DNA of 64,000 nt, from the NCBI RefSeq assembly GCF_006345805.1, contig NC_043007.1:48236001-48300000 (forward strand), written 5' to 3'. Origin of the DNA: Octopus sinensis. Lineage: Eukaryota. Below the pieces are notes generated by a model that saw only the letters and a program-made list of their open reading frames with translations, had not been told where the DNA came from and did no database searches. Shown here in pieces: positions 30,271 through 42,809 of the stretch. A program made the translations under genes and the position numbers. The first letter of the stretch is position 1, and each line of letters opens with the position of its first letter.

Positions 30271-30501
30271 TTCAATACCAAAGTTGGTAGCGTATACTAT
30301 GCTCTCGCTAATCACTTTAGATGCCTATATAACCGCAGGAAAACGCCAGCACCGTCTCTACCCTGATAACTTGACCCTAGCAGAACATCACAAATGTAAG
30401 AGCCGACACATTTTTCTGAAAAATAGGGGTAGTTTATCCTGTTCATGCTATATAATTAGCATTATCCTGCGTTTGAGAATAAAATTATTTCCTTATCAAT
30501 A

Positions 30502-31013
30502 TCTATAAAGCTGAAATGCGAAAAATTTGTTTGTCTCATTTTGGGATGGGAACGGTTTAAGGGCCGGTAGATGGGGTCGGATTAGCTCCAAAATTGACAG
30601 GGACATGTAAAAAGAGACGAAGAAGCAAGCGACTGGACTAGGTTAGAAACCCCTATCTCAAAAACTGTGAAACTAGGGAAACAAAACCCAGACTTTGACA
30701 AGTGTTTGTCGTTTCTCCCTTTCGGATATCACCCTATCTTCCTCAATCTCTCTCTTTGCTGCCTTCCCTTCTCTCTATAACGACGTTTGACAACTTCGTC
30801 TCTCTGTCACTCTTTCTCCCACCACCTCTCTCACTGTACCTCTCTCTGTATCTATTGAGAGAAAGCGTTGACAGTCGCAAAAGTTTAAATATTCCTGCCA
30901 CAGGTCTTTTAGAACGGTGAATTATCATCACCCACCACCACCGCACAATCATAACAGATATTATTAATCAGATATATTGTGTTAATTTATATATATATAT
31001 ATATGTATATAAG

Positions 31014-31065
<52 letters not shown>

Positions 31066-31324
31066 GAACCGTCAAAATATACCAGAAAAAAGTATCAAAT
31101 TTCCCAAAATTTAAAGCAATTTTGAATTATTTTTGTGATTTTACGTGCACGCATAAGAGAAATCGAGGGAGAGTCCGAGAGAAAGGAAGAGTAAGAGAGT
31201 GGGAAAGTGAGAGAGAAAGGAGAGAGAAACAAAGAGGGATAATGTGGCGATAAGAAACAAAGGAAGCAACAGAAAGTAACAACCACACCCTCACCCGCGC
31301 GTAGAGCGGGTCGCCTTAGGCTAG
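30502..31324 (+). mobile_element. Non-autonomous Helitron, related to 312-2456
   Basis: A|TC start tctataaagctgaaatgcgaaaaatttgtttgtc; shared GA-rich block; 3' acccgcgcgtagagcgggt hairpin and CTAG|T. Confidence 0.85.
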
Positions 31325-31354
31325 TCTATAAATATGTATCTTTGTGTAAGTGTG

Positions 31355-31866
31355 CGCGCAAGTATGGCTCTGTGGTAAGACACTTGCTTCTCAATCACAT
31401 GGTTCCGAGTTCGGTTCCACTGTGTGGCACCTTGGGTGTCTTCTTCTATAGCCTCGGGCCGACCAAAGCTTTGTGCGTGAATTTAGTAGACGTAGAATGG
31501 AAGAAGCCCGTCGTCTATATATATATATGTGTTGGGGATGGGGCGTCTGCGTTTGTTCCCATCATCACTTGACAACCGGTGTTAGCGTGTTTACGTCCCT
31601 GTAACTTAGTGGTTCGGTAAAAGTTGTTTGGCAGAATAAGTGCTAAACTTCAAAAATAAGTCCCGTGGTCGATTTGTCCGACTAAAACACTCAAGGCGGT
31701 GCCCAAGCATGGTCACAATCAATATATGTGTTGGGGATGGGGCGTCTGCGTTTGTCCCCATCACCACTTGACAACCGGTGTTAGCGTGTTTACGTCCCTG
31801 TAACTTAGTGGTTCGGTAAAAGTTGTTTGGCAGAATAAGTGTCACTGTGAAGCAAGTGAAAGATAG
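31355..31866 (+). mobile_element. tRNA-derived SINE family 1 with internal ~120-bp duplication
   Basis: A-box tggctctgtgg, B-box-like gagttcggttcc; 31523-31642 is repeated at 31723-31841. Confidence 0.85.
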
Positions 31867-31875
31867 AAGATACGC

Positions 31876-31934
<59 letters not shown>

Positions 31935-32068
31935 CAAAGGTACAGAAACAACGTACTTCGATGGAATTTAAAAGTAACGTAATCCAAAGGTTAGAGTAAG
32001 AAATCCATGAATCAGGAACACCACATAAGTTGGGCGGACGAGGACGGTCCGTGTGAGCTTACAGCAAA

Positions 32069-32350
32069 TAGTCAATTCAAATTAACAATTCAAATAAACG
32101 AATGAAAACAAACCACATGACGACGTACATAAGAAATGTTCGGTGAAAGGAGAGAGTTTGACTTCAGCAATATAACTACATACGTGCCGTTGACGATTTA
32201 TTTTCCATCTTTAGACTTTTCCCTTTCTCTTTCCAACGAAGAGCTATGCTCGAAACGTCAAACTCTTTCTTTTCACCGAGTGTCAAGCGAATACATTTCT
32301 TGTGCAAGTCCTCATGTTGTCCGTTTTTATTCGTTTATTTGAACTGACTA
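32069..32350. mobile_element. Inverted pair of short Penelope-like pLTR fragments
   Basis: 32069-32180 is a gapped reverse complement of 32258-32350; the right copy contains gaagagctatgctcgaaacgtc. Confidence 0.6.
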
Positions 32351-32404
32351 TACATACATACATACATACATACATACATACATACATACACATACATACA
32401 TACA

Positions 32405-32436
<32 letters not shown>

Positions 32437-32437
<1 letters not shown>

Positions 32438-33660
32438 TTCCACCAGCAATGTTACAATGCCACCTTAAGAATAAACGTAACTATGCCTCTCCTGGTCTCG
32501 ATGGTGTTACATACCTACTTCTCAAACGCGGTGGGTACTTTCATCTGAACCAACTTTCACTATTCTTTCAATTCTGTCTTGACAATGGCGTTACTCCAGA
32601 GCAATGGAAAACTGCCAGTGTTATCCCTCTGTTCAAAAAAGATGACCGCACATCGCCTGTCAACTATCGCCCCGTCAGTCTTACTAGCTGCATCGCCAAA
32701 CTGATGGAATCCTGTGCCAGAGAAACCCTCTGGAACTTCTGGAAGTCTCACAGCCTCATCCAGCCGTAACAATTTGGATTTATTCCTAACTCCAGCTGCT
32801 GTAATCAACTCATCGAGTTTCTTGAGGACATTACCCGAATCACTGATCGCGGATCCTGGATGGATTTTGTTTACCTGGACTTTGCTAAGGATTTTAATTC
32901 TGTGCCACACAAAAGACTTATGATGAAACTCTCTGCAATGGGTGTAAGAGATTATCTCTATAACTGGTTGAAGTCCTTCATTATCGGCCGAAAAGAGGTT
33001 GTCACAGTTCTAGGACAGCCCTCTTCACCCTATAGGATGGCATCTGGTGTACCACAGGGATCTGTTCTTGATCCCCCTTTTATTTGTTGCATGTTAATGA
33101 CATAGATTCCAACTTAAAGAATGCTACAGTGCTGAAATATGCAGATGACATCAAGCTGTACCTCGAAATAAAGAGGACAGATCCTGTACACTATAGACCT
33201 TTATTACAATCAAACATGGACACAATGCAGCAATTGATACCCTTCCCCCACCCTACCCTAACCCTAACTAACCCTAAAACAGATTGAAATGCAATAGATT
33301 GATACTCGGGGCATAATTATGGGTGACAATTTCATATGACACCGCTAGAAAAAACTGCCGTTCAAACCGAAAAGATCCAAAAAGTCTTCTTGTGAACGTG
33401 ACCTGGGCATTATTGTCGACAGCGATTTGCGTTGGACAACACACATTGCTAAAATTGCCAAGAAGGCTGAGGGTGTCTTGGCATCACTCACCAAGTCCTT
33501 TGTGAGCAGCTCTCCGGATATCTATCTGCGGCTTTATATAGCTATGGTGCGACCTCACCTGGAATTTGCATCACTGGTCTGGAACCCCTATCTTGCCCAG
33601 GATATTAATCGTCTGGAAACCGTTCAGCGACGTGCAACCAAGAGAATACCCTCCATCAGG
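32437..33660 (+). mobile_element. CR1-clade LINE RT fragment, decayed
   Basis: SPGLDG, NYRPVSLTSCIAKLME, VYLDFAKDFNSVPHKRL, SGVPQGSVL, KYADDIKLY, ERDLGIIVD, MVRPHLEFAS.VWNPYL. Confidence 0.93.
33236..33368. repeat. Foreign TAACCC-containing fragment replacing part of the CR1 RT
   Basis: CR1 homology stops after DTMQQ and resumes at QKSSCERDLG; the insert contains ccctaccctaaccctaactaaccctaa. Confidence 0.6.
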
Positions 33661-34442
33661 ATATGGGTGTGAGATGGTCTAATGTTGAAGAAAGAGAGGA
33701 GCAACGGTGTACAATACAACTCTGGTGTAAGAAAAAATTAGTTCTATGAGATTAAGTTCTATGAAAATAAGGAAAGATTAGGAAGAAAATTAGTGAGGCG
33801 TCTGAATGGCAAGAGGAATGTGACAGAGGTGAGCGTAAAGCTTATAAATAGAAGAGAAAAGGAAGGAATAAAAACGAAAAATGTAGTAAATTGAACGAGT
33901 AAAAAATTAGAACATATGAATTCGGGAACAGAAGAGAAACTTGGAGGGAGAAATTTTAGAAATTCTATAACAATGAATCATTGATAATATATATATATAT
34001 ATATATAACATTGATGTACATTCCATGTGTATAAGTGTCCATATTATGGTGAAGAGCTGATAAATGAAATGGCAATCAGTAGATGTCTAAGCACGTGATA
34101 TTTTAAGAACAAGCTGAGGATACAGATAAGACAACGTATGTTCTATTTACACCACTTAAATTGACTACAATGATTATTGCTAAAGGAGTGGCAAATGTAG
34201 GCGAAGTGCTGCAGGTTTTTGCTGAATATTATCCTAATCGCGAATGTAACATAAAAATTACAAGAGGAGTTTACAATGAGTTCCTATACTGAGCTGTGCA
34301 AAGATATTAATTCCCTAACTTATTCCTCTCGAAATGTTTTTGAGTTTTTATGTATCTATATTAAACTATTTATGTTTAGAATAGTTATTTTTATGTATAA
34401 AGGTAATTGTGTTGCTTGTTCTCTCTTGTCTTTTTGTGCTTC

Positions 34443-34467
34443 AAGAGAGAGAGAGAGAGAGAGAGAA

Positions 34468-34501
<34 letters not shown>

Positions 34502-34539
34502 AAGAGGGAAAGAAAGAGGGAGAGAAAGAGAGAGAGAGA

Positions 34540-34588
<49 letters not shown>

Positions 34589-34635
34589 TGTGTGTCTGTG
34601 TGTGTGTATGTGTGTGTGCGTGTGTGTGTGTGTGT
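34443..34635. repeat. Compound (GA)n/(GT)n microsatellite
   Basis: Direct reading. Confidence 0.95.
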
Positions 34636-35149
34636 TAGATCGATGCAGTTGATACTCCTATTTTCCATACATTCCTGTCATCTGAACTATCACATGTGTA
34701 AACAGTGACCATTTGTAAGTTCGTTGAAGGTCAACGACTACTTCAAGAAGGATTTCCTGCCTCTTAAATCACAATCCTTGCAATATCATTTTAGCTTCAC
34801 ATGGACAATTACAGATGACAGTCCACAGAAATTTGGGAGTGGCGCCAAAGCTAAACAGTTTCTACTGCGTTCATATAAATGTGGAGTTATTTTATGAAGG
34901 TGTCTCATATACTGGACGATGTCGCCTTAGAGACAAAATGATGGGCGGGATGGTTATGGTTTGTTGGGATGTCTTTGATTATAAGACTGCGCGATCAGGA
35001 TTGACTTGTAGCTAAACAACAACAGCAGCAGCAATAATAATAACTAGAGCAACGTTAGCAACAGCAGCAAAAACAGCAACAACAACAACAGCAACCTCAT
35101 AAAAGATGAAGTAACACTACATACACCCCACCCCACCCCCACTTGCTCT

Positions 35150-35870
35150 CTTACTTTTGAAAACTTTAACCAAAGTGAAAGTGATTGCGCATGATGTCAC
35201 TTCGATCGTTTTTGTTGTATTTATTTCACTGATATTCTGATAAATGCCATAGAGGAAACTTTCTGCTGGTTTATATATAAATGATGATCCTGGAAAATCA
35301 ATGAAAGCCATTGGCAAAGAACTTCAGCTGTTAGAGTGGACTATCAAAACTGTGGAGCATGAGAACATTTAATACAAATTTATGCACTGATGGAAAGCCA
35401 ATTCAAATCAGATAAGAGAACCTTCAGCCAAGACCAAAATTCTAACATGGTTATGCGCAGATCCTTTTGGTGTCCTCAGTGGGATACGAATTAAGTTTCT
35501 AGTAACTATGAGAGTCATACCACCTCACATCTTTCGACAGGAACTTAGAATTAATACTTATGGATATGTGAAGTAGTTGAGACAGTACCACGTAACCTAC
35601 GAATGGATTTCAGGCATGTTACAATCATGTAACACCTGTGGCCTCTAAACTCGTGGACTACTACGTTTAGAGCGCTGTTGATAGGAAGTCTACTCGATAT
35701 CCTCTCAATACACAGCTTCACTGAAGGCTGCCATTTTCCTGGCAGTGTCCGAAATAAATAAGGACCATTTAGTGTAGGCATACCAACGATTCCAGCTCTG
35801 AATTGAAGCTTTCATCGAAGCTGATGGGTGATTCATAAAATAGTCCTGTAAGAAACCTTACCGAGAATAT
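35150..35870 (+). mobile_element. Tc1/mariner (maT/DD37D-like) transposase remnant, heavily decayed
   Basis: Frameshifted WP..S.LVDYYV*SAVDRKS..PLNT.SLKAAI..SEINKDHLV*AY.RF..IEAFIEADG resembles maT-type C-termini. Confidence 0.65.
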
Positions 35871-37220
35871 ACGCGCAAATTTTTATTAAAATACTTTTGG
35901 GTTTCTTTTATTAAAGTTAATTCATCAAATTACCTAATACGTCTTCAAATAGCTCTTGCACCTTGTATACTTCATTTAATAGAATAATTAGTGTCAATAT
36001 GATATCAATTGTTTCAAGCTGGATCATAGCAATTTTAGCAGTTATTGAACCGATAGAATAATACATAGCAGTTATGTTTGTTAAGCTAAATACGAACGCG
36101 GTCACAGGCGAGATTTACTATGAGATCAAATGGCACAAAGACAAACAGTTATTTGAATTGGTAAATATCCTTAGAAGTGTCCAGTACAGGGATTTTTGGT
36201 ATCATCATCTTTCTCTTCTCTATGTTCGTCAGCTCTCATCTTGAATTTTGCTGAACGCTATTGTTTCCCAATGCAAACTGAAACATAACAAAAATTAAAG
36301 CATCTAATATATTGATCACGAAAAGGAATAACTCGCATAGAAAGCCTAGACTATTGGGATCACTCAAAAGCCTCAAATTTTCTAACACTGCCGTGATACT
36401 ACATCATGTGTAAGAAGTAGAAAATATTCCATCAACACTGTTCCAAATGATACCTATTTTTTCGATTCTAGCTTCTAACTTCTGAAGCCTACTTTTTCGA
36501 TTCTAGTTTCTAACTTTGGAAGGCTCAACATTTTATTAAACCTTTTTCTGTAAAGCAACATTTTTTTAAAGAAAAATTTAAAGTTTGAACATTTTGTTGA
36601 ACACTTTTTCTGTGAAACAGGACATTTTTTCCATTTGAACTTCTTGTTTTTTAAGATTATATTATATCATTTATTATTTAGATTATTTAGATTATCATTG
36701 AAATACCATTGCCATCGTTTGCCCAATTATTCCCCCCTTCCCCCATATAACGTTGAGATGATTGCTGGCAGGATTAATTTCGACTCTACCAATTGTGAAA
36801 ATCATCAGAATTACACTTCGAAATTTATGCTTATTATAAATTCTATATTGAGGCATGTATTTTGTATTGAGCAATATTTAATTCCAGAAATTATTTTATT
36901 TTGTATAGGAGGCCTTTCATTTGATTTGATTTGATATAATAGTATATCATATGAAAAACAATTATAATTAATGGGCTATTTAGAATTGAAATATTTAAAT
37001 GCTTTTCTATATTTGTGAGAACATTGGAATGTAAAATAACCTATTCAATTCGTTAATATTCATTTAGTAGTAATTATATAATAATTACTTCTAGATTGAT
37101 ATTAATGAATTGTAAAGATAATTTTACATTGAAATTTTCATATGAATATAGAAAAGTATTCAAATATTTCAATTCTAATTAACACATTAATTATAATTGC
37201 CTTTCATATAATATACTTTT

Positions 37221-37457
37221 TACTTGTTTCAGTCATTAGACTGAAGCAATGCTAGGACATCGCCTTGATGAACTTTTAGTTGGATATATCGAGTCCAGTA
37301 CTTTCCTTTTTTTAAACCCGGTACTTATTTATCGGTCTCTTTTGCCGAACCGCTAAGTTACGGGGACGTAAACACACCAGCACCGGTTGTCAAGCGGTAG
37401 TGAGAGACAAACGCCGACACAAAGACACACACACACACACATATATATCTATATCTA

Positions 37458-37541
<84 letters not shown>

Positions 37542-37712
37542 TATGTATATATATATATACGACTGGCTTCAGTCTCCGTCTACTAAATCCATTCATAAGG
37601 CTTTCGTCAGCCCGAGGTTATAGTAGAAGACAAGGCGCCATGCAGTGGGACTGAACCCGAAACTATGTAGTAGGGAAGCAAGCTTCTTACCACATACTCA
37701 TGCCTGCGCCTA
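37221..37712 (-). mobile_element. tRNA-derived SINE family 1 with expanded internal microsatellites
   Basis: Reverse complement matches 47532-47930; head ggcgcaggcatgagtatgtggtaag, B box gggttcagtccc. Confidence 0.85.
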
Positions 37713-38347
37713 TATGCATAATTTTTCTTAAAAAGTTCAGCACATTTAAAAGATAGATTATTATATGTCGTAACAGAATTTCTGTTTCTATTTGTTGTGA
37801 CCTAGTATCCCTATGTTTATTTTTTATTCTTTCATTATTTATTGACGTCATTGAAACTTAAATTCTAAACTGGCTTTTCTTAGAATATTATATTTCACCT
37901 TAACATTCTTTTCATATGCGTTTCTCTATTAGAGATATTTTCTTAGTTCATTTTAAATCCAACAAATTTTGGGTTGGCTTGAGAACGTTGTGTTTAATAT
38001 ATATTTTCGGATTTATTCATTTGAGTGATATTTAAAACTTTTTTCTATATCTAAAGATGCCGGTACAACAGAGACGACCATCGGTATTGTATGGTGTAAT
38101 CTCCAATTAAAGATGTGATTTTCTTCATTCTTATTCTTGCCGTATGCTCCGAATTTCTTGAAATTCTTCGAAATGATACTTGGATTTACTTGTCATACAT
38201 GATGGATTATCTTGGATGTTTATTCTACTTGCACTAATTTGTATCTAATTATTTGATATAGTTAACCAAATTCGTTTAACACTGGGTGCTTTATAGATAT
38301 CTGCCTGGATTTATTGACCCCAGTCATTTCTTGTGTATATATATATA

Positions 38348-39536
38348 TCAGGTCAGCCCATAAATAGTGTCCGAAATATATAATTTCTATCAAATTTTAC
38401 AGTACTCTGAGAAGTCAAATGGTATTGATTGATACTCATATGAATTTGGAAATCTTTAACTTAATATAATTTCTTTTTAGAAAATGATCTGATATTAACG
38501 CCACAAAGATGGTTGTATGGAAGGAGTATTTTAGGCACATAAAGTTTAATGAGTTCAAAAAGGGAAACAGTGCAGTAGAAGCAACCTGAAATATCCATTC
38601 TGTCTATAAGGAAGCGTGCTTGAACGAAAGAAGTTGTAGAAGATAGTTTGCAAAGTTCAAAAATGGTGATTTCAGCCAAAGAGACAGCCACGAATAGTAC
38701 GATCTGTTGAATTCGACAATGAATTTATTTTGTCTGAGCTTGAGAAGGATAATGTTGTGTCAGTTGAATTGGCAAGCAAGCTCAATCGAAGCCATTCAAA
38801 TGTTCACCGCCATCTTCAACAGCTTGGAAAGGTACCCAGACTCGGAAAATGGGTCCCAATGAGTTAAGTAGACTTTTGCTCATCTCTTCACTCTTGGACA
38901 GATTAGTGACTGTTAATGAAAAATTTATTTTTATGAAGATGTTAAGCGACGCAGGCAATGGCTTAGTTGTGGCTTAGAATAGGCCAAACCACAACCCCAA
39001 AAGGATCTCAATGCAAAAGGGTTCTTCTTTCTGTTTGGTGGGATTGCATTGGAGTCATCTATTTTTAGAAGCAATTACTGCTCACACCTATTACCACCAG
39101 AGCGTTTGTATACTGCTTTGAAGTACAAAAAAGGCCTGATTTGTCGAATCTTTAGGGTGTGGTGTTTCATCATGATAACGCAAGACCCCACACTGCAAAT
39201 ATCACGCCAGAAAAAAATAAAAGAACTTGGCTGGGGAAAAATCCCTCACTCCGGACACCTCAGCTTCTCATTACAATTTGTTTCGAAGCTTGCAGAATCG
39301 TTTAGATAGATTAATACGCAAAAGCCCCAAAGAGGTCGAAACTGACTTCTTCTCATCAAAACCAAAAGAGATTTTCACCAATGAAATTTTAAAAAACTGA
39401 TCAGTAGATGTAAGAAAGTCATCGATAATGATGGAAATTTTAATAAAATGGATTAAATTTTAATAGAATGTAATATTGATCACTTTTTCCTTACTTTTGT
39501 TTTCCTTTATTCGGACATTATTTATGGGATTACCTT

Positions 39537-39539
<3 letters not shown>
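38348..39539 (+). mobile_element. Mariner, decayed, both TIRs present
   Basis: TIRs tcaggtcagcccataaatagtgtccgaa / ttcggacattatttatgggattacctta in TA context; remnants LGKVPRLGKWVP and SVWWDCIGV. Confidence 0.85.
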
Positions 39540-39568
<29 letters not shown>

Positions 39569-39745
39569 GTGATGGTTTGTTGCCAACTTAATGTGGCAGT
39601 CCCAGGAAAGGGGAAAATGGGAAAATGCTACTGCTGTTTAGCCCCAGGAAACACAGATTCCAACTGGCCATGTAACACAAGCGTTCTGTATCCTTATGTT
39701 TCAAATAAGAGAGATAAGCACCTCCACCCAACAAAGCCCCCATCT

Positions 39746-39782
39746 AGAGACTAGTTTCAGAGTCATTGCTCATCATCAGTCT
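39746..39782 (-). ncRNA. Minimal type I hammerhead ribozyme motif (copy 1)
   Basis: Minus strand reads AGA-CUGAUGA-U-GAG-CAAUGA-CUC-U-GAAA-CUAG-UC-UCU: intact core, helix II GAG/CUC, palindromic ACUAGU helix III, GUC cleavage triplet, 3-bp helix I. Confidence 0.6.
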
Positions 39783-39973
39783 GGTGTAGCTTGGCTTGCT
39801 AGCTGCCGATGCATATTCACCTTTGAAAACATAGATTTCAAGTGAAATGCATTCACTAATCTACAAAATTAGAAATATTGTGTGTGTGTGTGGTGTGTGT
39901 GTGTGTGTGTTGTGTGTGTGTGTGTGGTGTGTGTGTGTTGTGTGTGTGTGTGAATGTGTGTGTGTGTGTGTGT

Positions 39974-40017
<44 letters not shown>

Positions 40018-41014
40018 TGTGTGTGTGTGTGGTGTGTGTGTGTGTGTGCAGGCAGTATTTTAGATTCGACTGTTCGATTTTCGCTTATTTCGATGTTTCG
40101 CTTCCTATAAAATTGAAACCTGAATACAATTTTTGTACCCAACAATTTCAGATATTCGGACATTTTCAGTGAGCCTGATTTAGGCTTTTCTTTTCTTGTT
40201 TTCTTAAAATGTCACAGAATTCTCGAATAATAATATATTTTATGCAAACAATGCATAAAATTTATTGCAGCTTTGCTTAAAATAAGCTAAAGTAGCATTG
40301 TTTAATAAGCAGAAAATCGATAAACAGAAAATGAAGACACGCTCAATATTGTCTTTGTGGATTGAAATTCACGGGAAAGTACAATGCTCATTAAAGTTTG
40401 TAAACAAACGGACGCCATGATAGTTATTCACTCCAATATGCTATTATTCAAAAGCAGCTTTTGAAGACCTTTTTAATATTTGATACTTTTTGTTATATAT
40501 ATTGCCCTAACAAAAGTGTTCGAATGTAAAGTGTTGGCCCCCGTTATACGAATGCAACGAATATTATCAACCATTCACAAATCGACTGATTTTTTACTTC
40601 AAAAAGCAAGGTTTTGAACTTTATCATATCAATTATATTTTCAGTTATTAGAGATAAACACACACACACAAAATATAAAAACGCACACAATACAGGTAAT
40701 GTGTCGGTGACAATTATTTCAAAATCAGAATGCGGCATAATGATAGGGAAAAAACAGAGTTATTAAAAGTATATAATCCGGAACAAATTCAAAGCAAGGT
40801 TATATATATATATATATATAATATATATATATATGTAGTGATGGTTTGTTGCCAACTTAATGTGGCAGTCCCAGGAAAGGGGAAAATGGGAAAATGCTAC
40901 TGCTGTTTAGCCCCAGGAAACACAGATTCCAACTGGCCATGTAACACAAGCGTTCTGTATCCTTATGTTTCAAATAAGAGAGATAAGCACCTCCACCCAA
41001 CAAAGCCCCCATCT

Positions 41015-41051
41015 AGAGACTAGTTTCAGAGTCATTGCTCATCATCAGTCT
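41015..41051 (-). ncRNA. Minimal type I hammerhead ribozyme motif (copy 2)
   Basis: Identical to the motif at 39746-39782. Confidence 0.6.
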
Positions 41052-41204
41052 GGTGTAGCTTGGCTTGCTAGCTGCCGATGCATATTCACCTTTGAAAACA
41101 TAGATTTCAAGTGAAATGCATTCACTAATCTACAAAATTAGAAATATTGTGTGTGTGTGTGTGTATGTGTGTGTGTGTGTGTGTGTGTTTGTGTGTGTGT
41201 GTGA

Positions 41205-41294
<90 letters not shown>

Positions 41295-42042
41295 GCAGTA
41301 TTTTAGATTCGACTGTTCGATTTTCGCTTATTTCGATGTTTCGCTTCCTATAAAATTGAAACCTGAATACAATTTTTGTACCCAACAATTTCAGATATTC
41401 GGACATTTTCAGTGAGCCTGATTTAGGCTTTTCTTTTCTTGTTTTCTTAAAATGTCACAGAATTCTCGAATAATAATATATTTTATGCAAACAATGCATA
41501 AAATTTATTGCAGCTTTGCTTAAAATAAGCTAAAGTAGCATTGTTTAATAAGCAGAAAATCGATAAACAGAAAATGAAGACACGCTCAATATTTTCTCTG
41601 TGGATTGAAATTCACGGGAAAGTACAATGCTCATTAAAGTTTGTAAACAAACGGACGCCATGATAGTTATTCACTCCAATATGCCATTATTCAAAAGCAG
41701 CTTTTGAAGACCTTTTTAATATTTGATACTTTTTGTTATATATATTGCCCTAACAAAAGTGTTCGAATGTAAAGTGTTGGCCCCCGTTATACGAATGCAA
41801 CGAATATTATCAACCATTCACAAATCGACTGATTTTTTACTTCAAAAAGCAAGGTTTTGAACTTTATCATATCAATTATATTTTCAGTTATTAGAGATAA
41901 ACACACACACACAAAATATAAAAACGCACACAATACAGGTAATGTGTCGGTGACAATTATTTCAAAATCAGAATGCGGCATAATGATAGGGAAAAAACAG
42001 AGTTATTAAAAGTATATAATCCGGAACAAATTCAAAGCAAGG

Positions 42043-42072
<30 letters not shown>

Positions 42073-42074
<2 letters not shown>

Positions 42075-42161
42075 TACGGGCTTCTTTCATTTTCCGTCTA
42101 CCACATCCACTCACAAGGCTTTGGTCCAACCGAGGCTATAGTAGAAGACACTTGCCCAAGG
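42073..42161 (-). mobile_element. SINE family 1 central-domain fragment
   Basis: acgggcttctttc...ccactcacaaggctt...gaggctatagtagaagacacttgcccaagg. Confidence 0.75.
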
Positions 42162-42717
42162 TTAACCTTTAAAGGTATTTTTTAATATGCTGGCCATTGA
42201 TAAAATTTTTTTCGAAAACTTTTATCCTATATTAGATGTAAATTTAATAGTGTTCACTTCCGGACTCTGTCACTCTGTGAAAGTTTCTTGTTCGAATCAC
42301 ACGTGTCTCAAGATGTGCTAAAGATTTTCTATTTTGGATATATATTTGGGGTACTTAGGTCTGTTCAGGACTTAGTGCTTGCTTTTTCCATGGGTATGAG
42401 TAAGTATTTCATTTATGTCTTACGTATTTATCGCTGAGGAGGAGAAAATTCTTATGAATTAACTCTGAAATTGGGACCAATACGGTAATAACGGAATTTT
42501 TTAGAAATTTCTATCGGCTTGTTTTGAGGCACGTGTTAATAGTGATAAATTACAATTGGTTATCGACAATTTATCTATTTTCGGCATATTTGGCATTAGA
42601 ATATTTTTTTCTTTTGCCCTTATTTTATAAGTTATTTATAAATTTAACCTTTAAAGGTATTTTTTAATATGCTGGCCATTGATAAAATTTTTCTCGAAAA
42701 AATTTATCCTATATTAG

Positions 42718-42721
<4 letters not shown>
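42162..42721. repeat. 78-bp direct repeats 482 bp apart
   Basis: ttaacctttaaaggtattt...cctatattagatgt at 42162-42239 and 42644-42721. Confidence 0.85.
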
Positions 42722-42799
<78 letters not shown>

Positions 42800-42809
42800 C
42801 ATACATAAC

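Larger units (their letters stand above)
39566..42043. repeat. Near-identical tandem duplication, period 1,269 bp, units bounded by (TA)n
   Basis: 39566-40800 matches 40835-42043; differences are confined to the TG microsatellite and about three substitutions. Confidence 0.95.

Noticed and set aside
36074-36244. 56-codon ORF MFVKLNTNAVTGEIYYEIKWHKDKQLFEL...
   Set aside because: Short, no recognisable domain, weak splice context.
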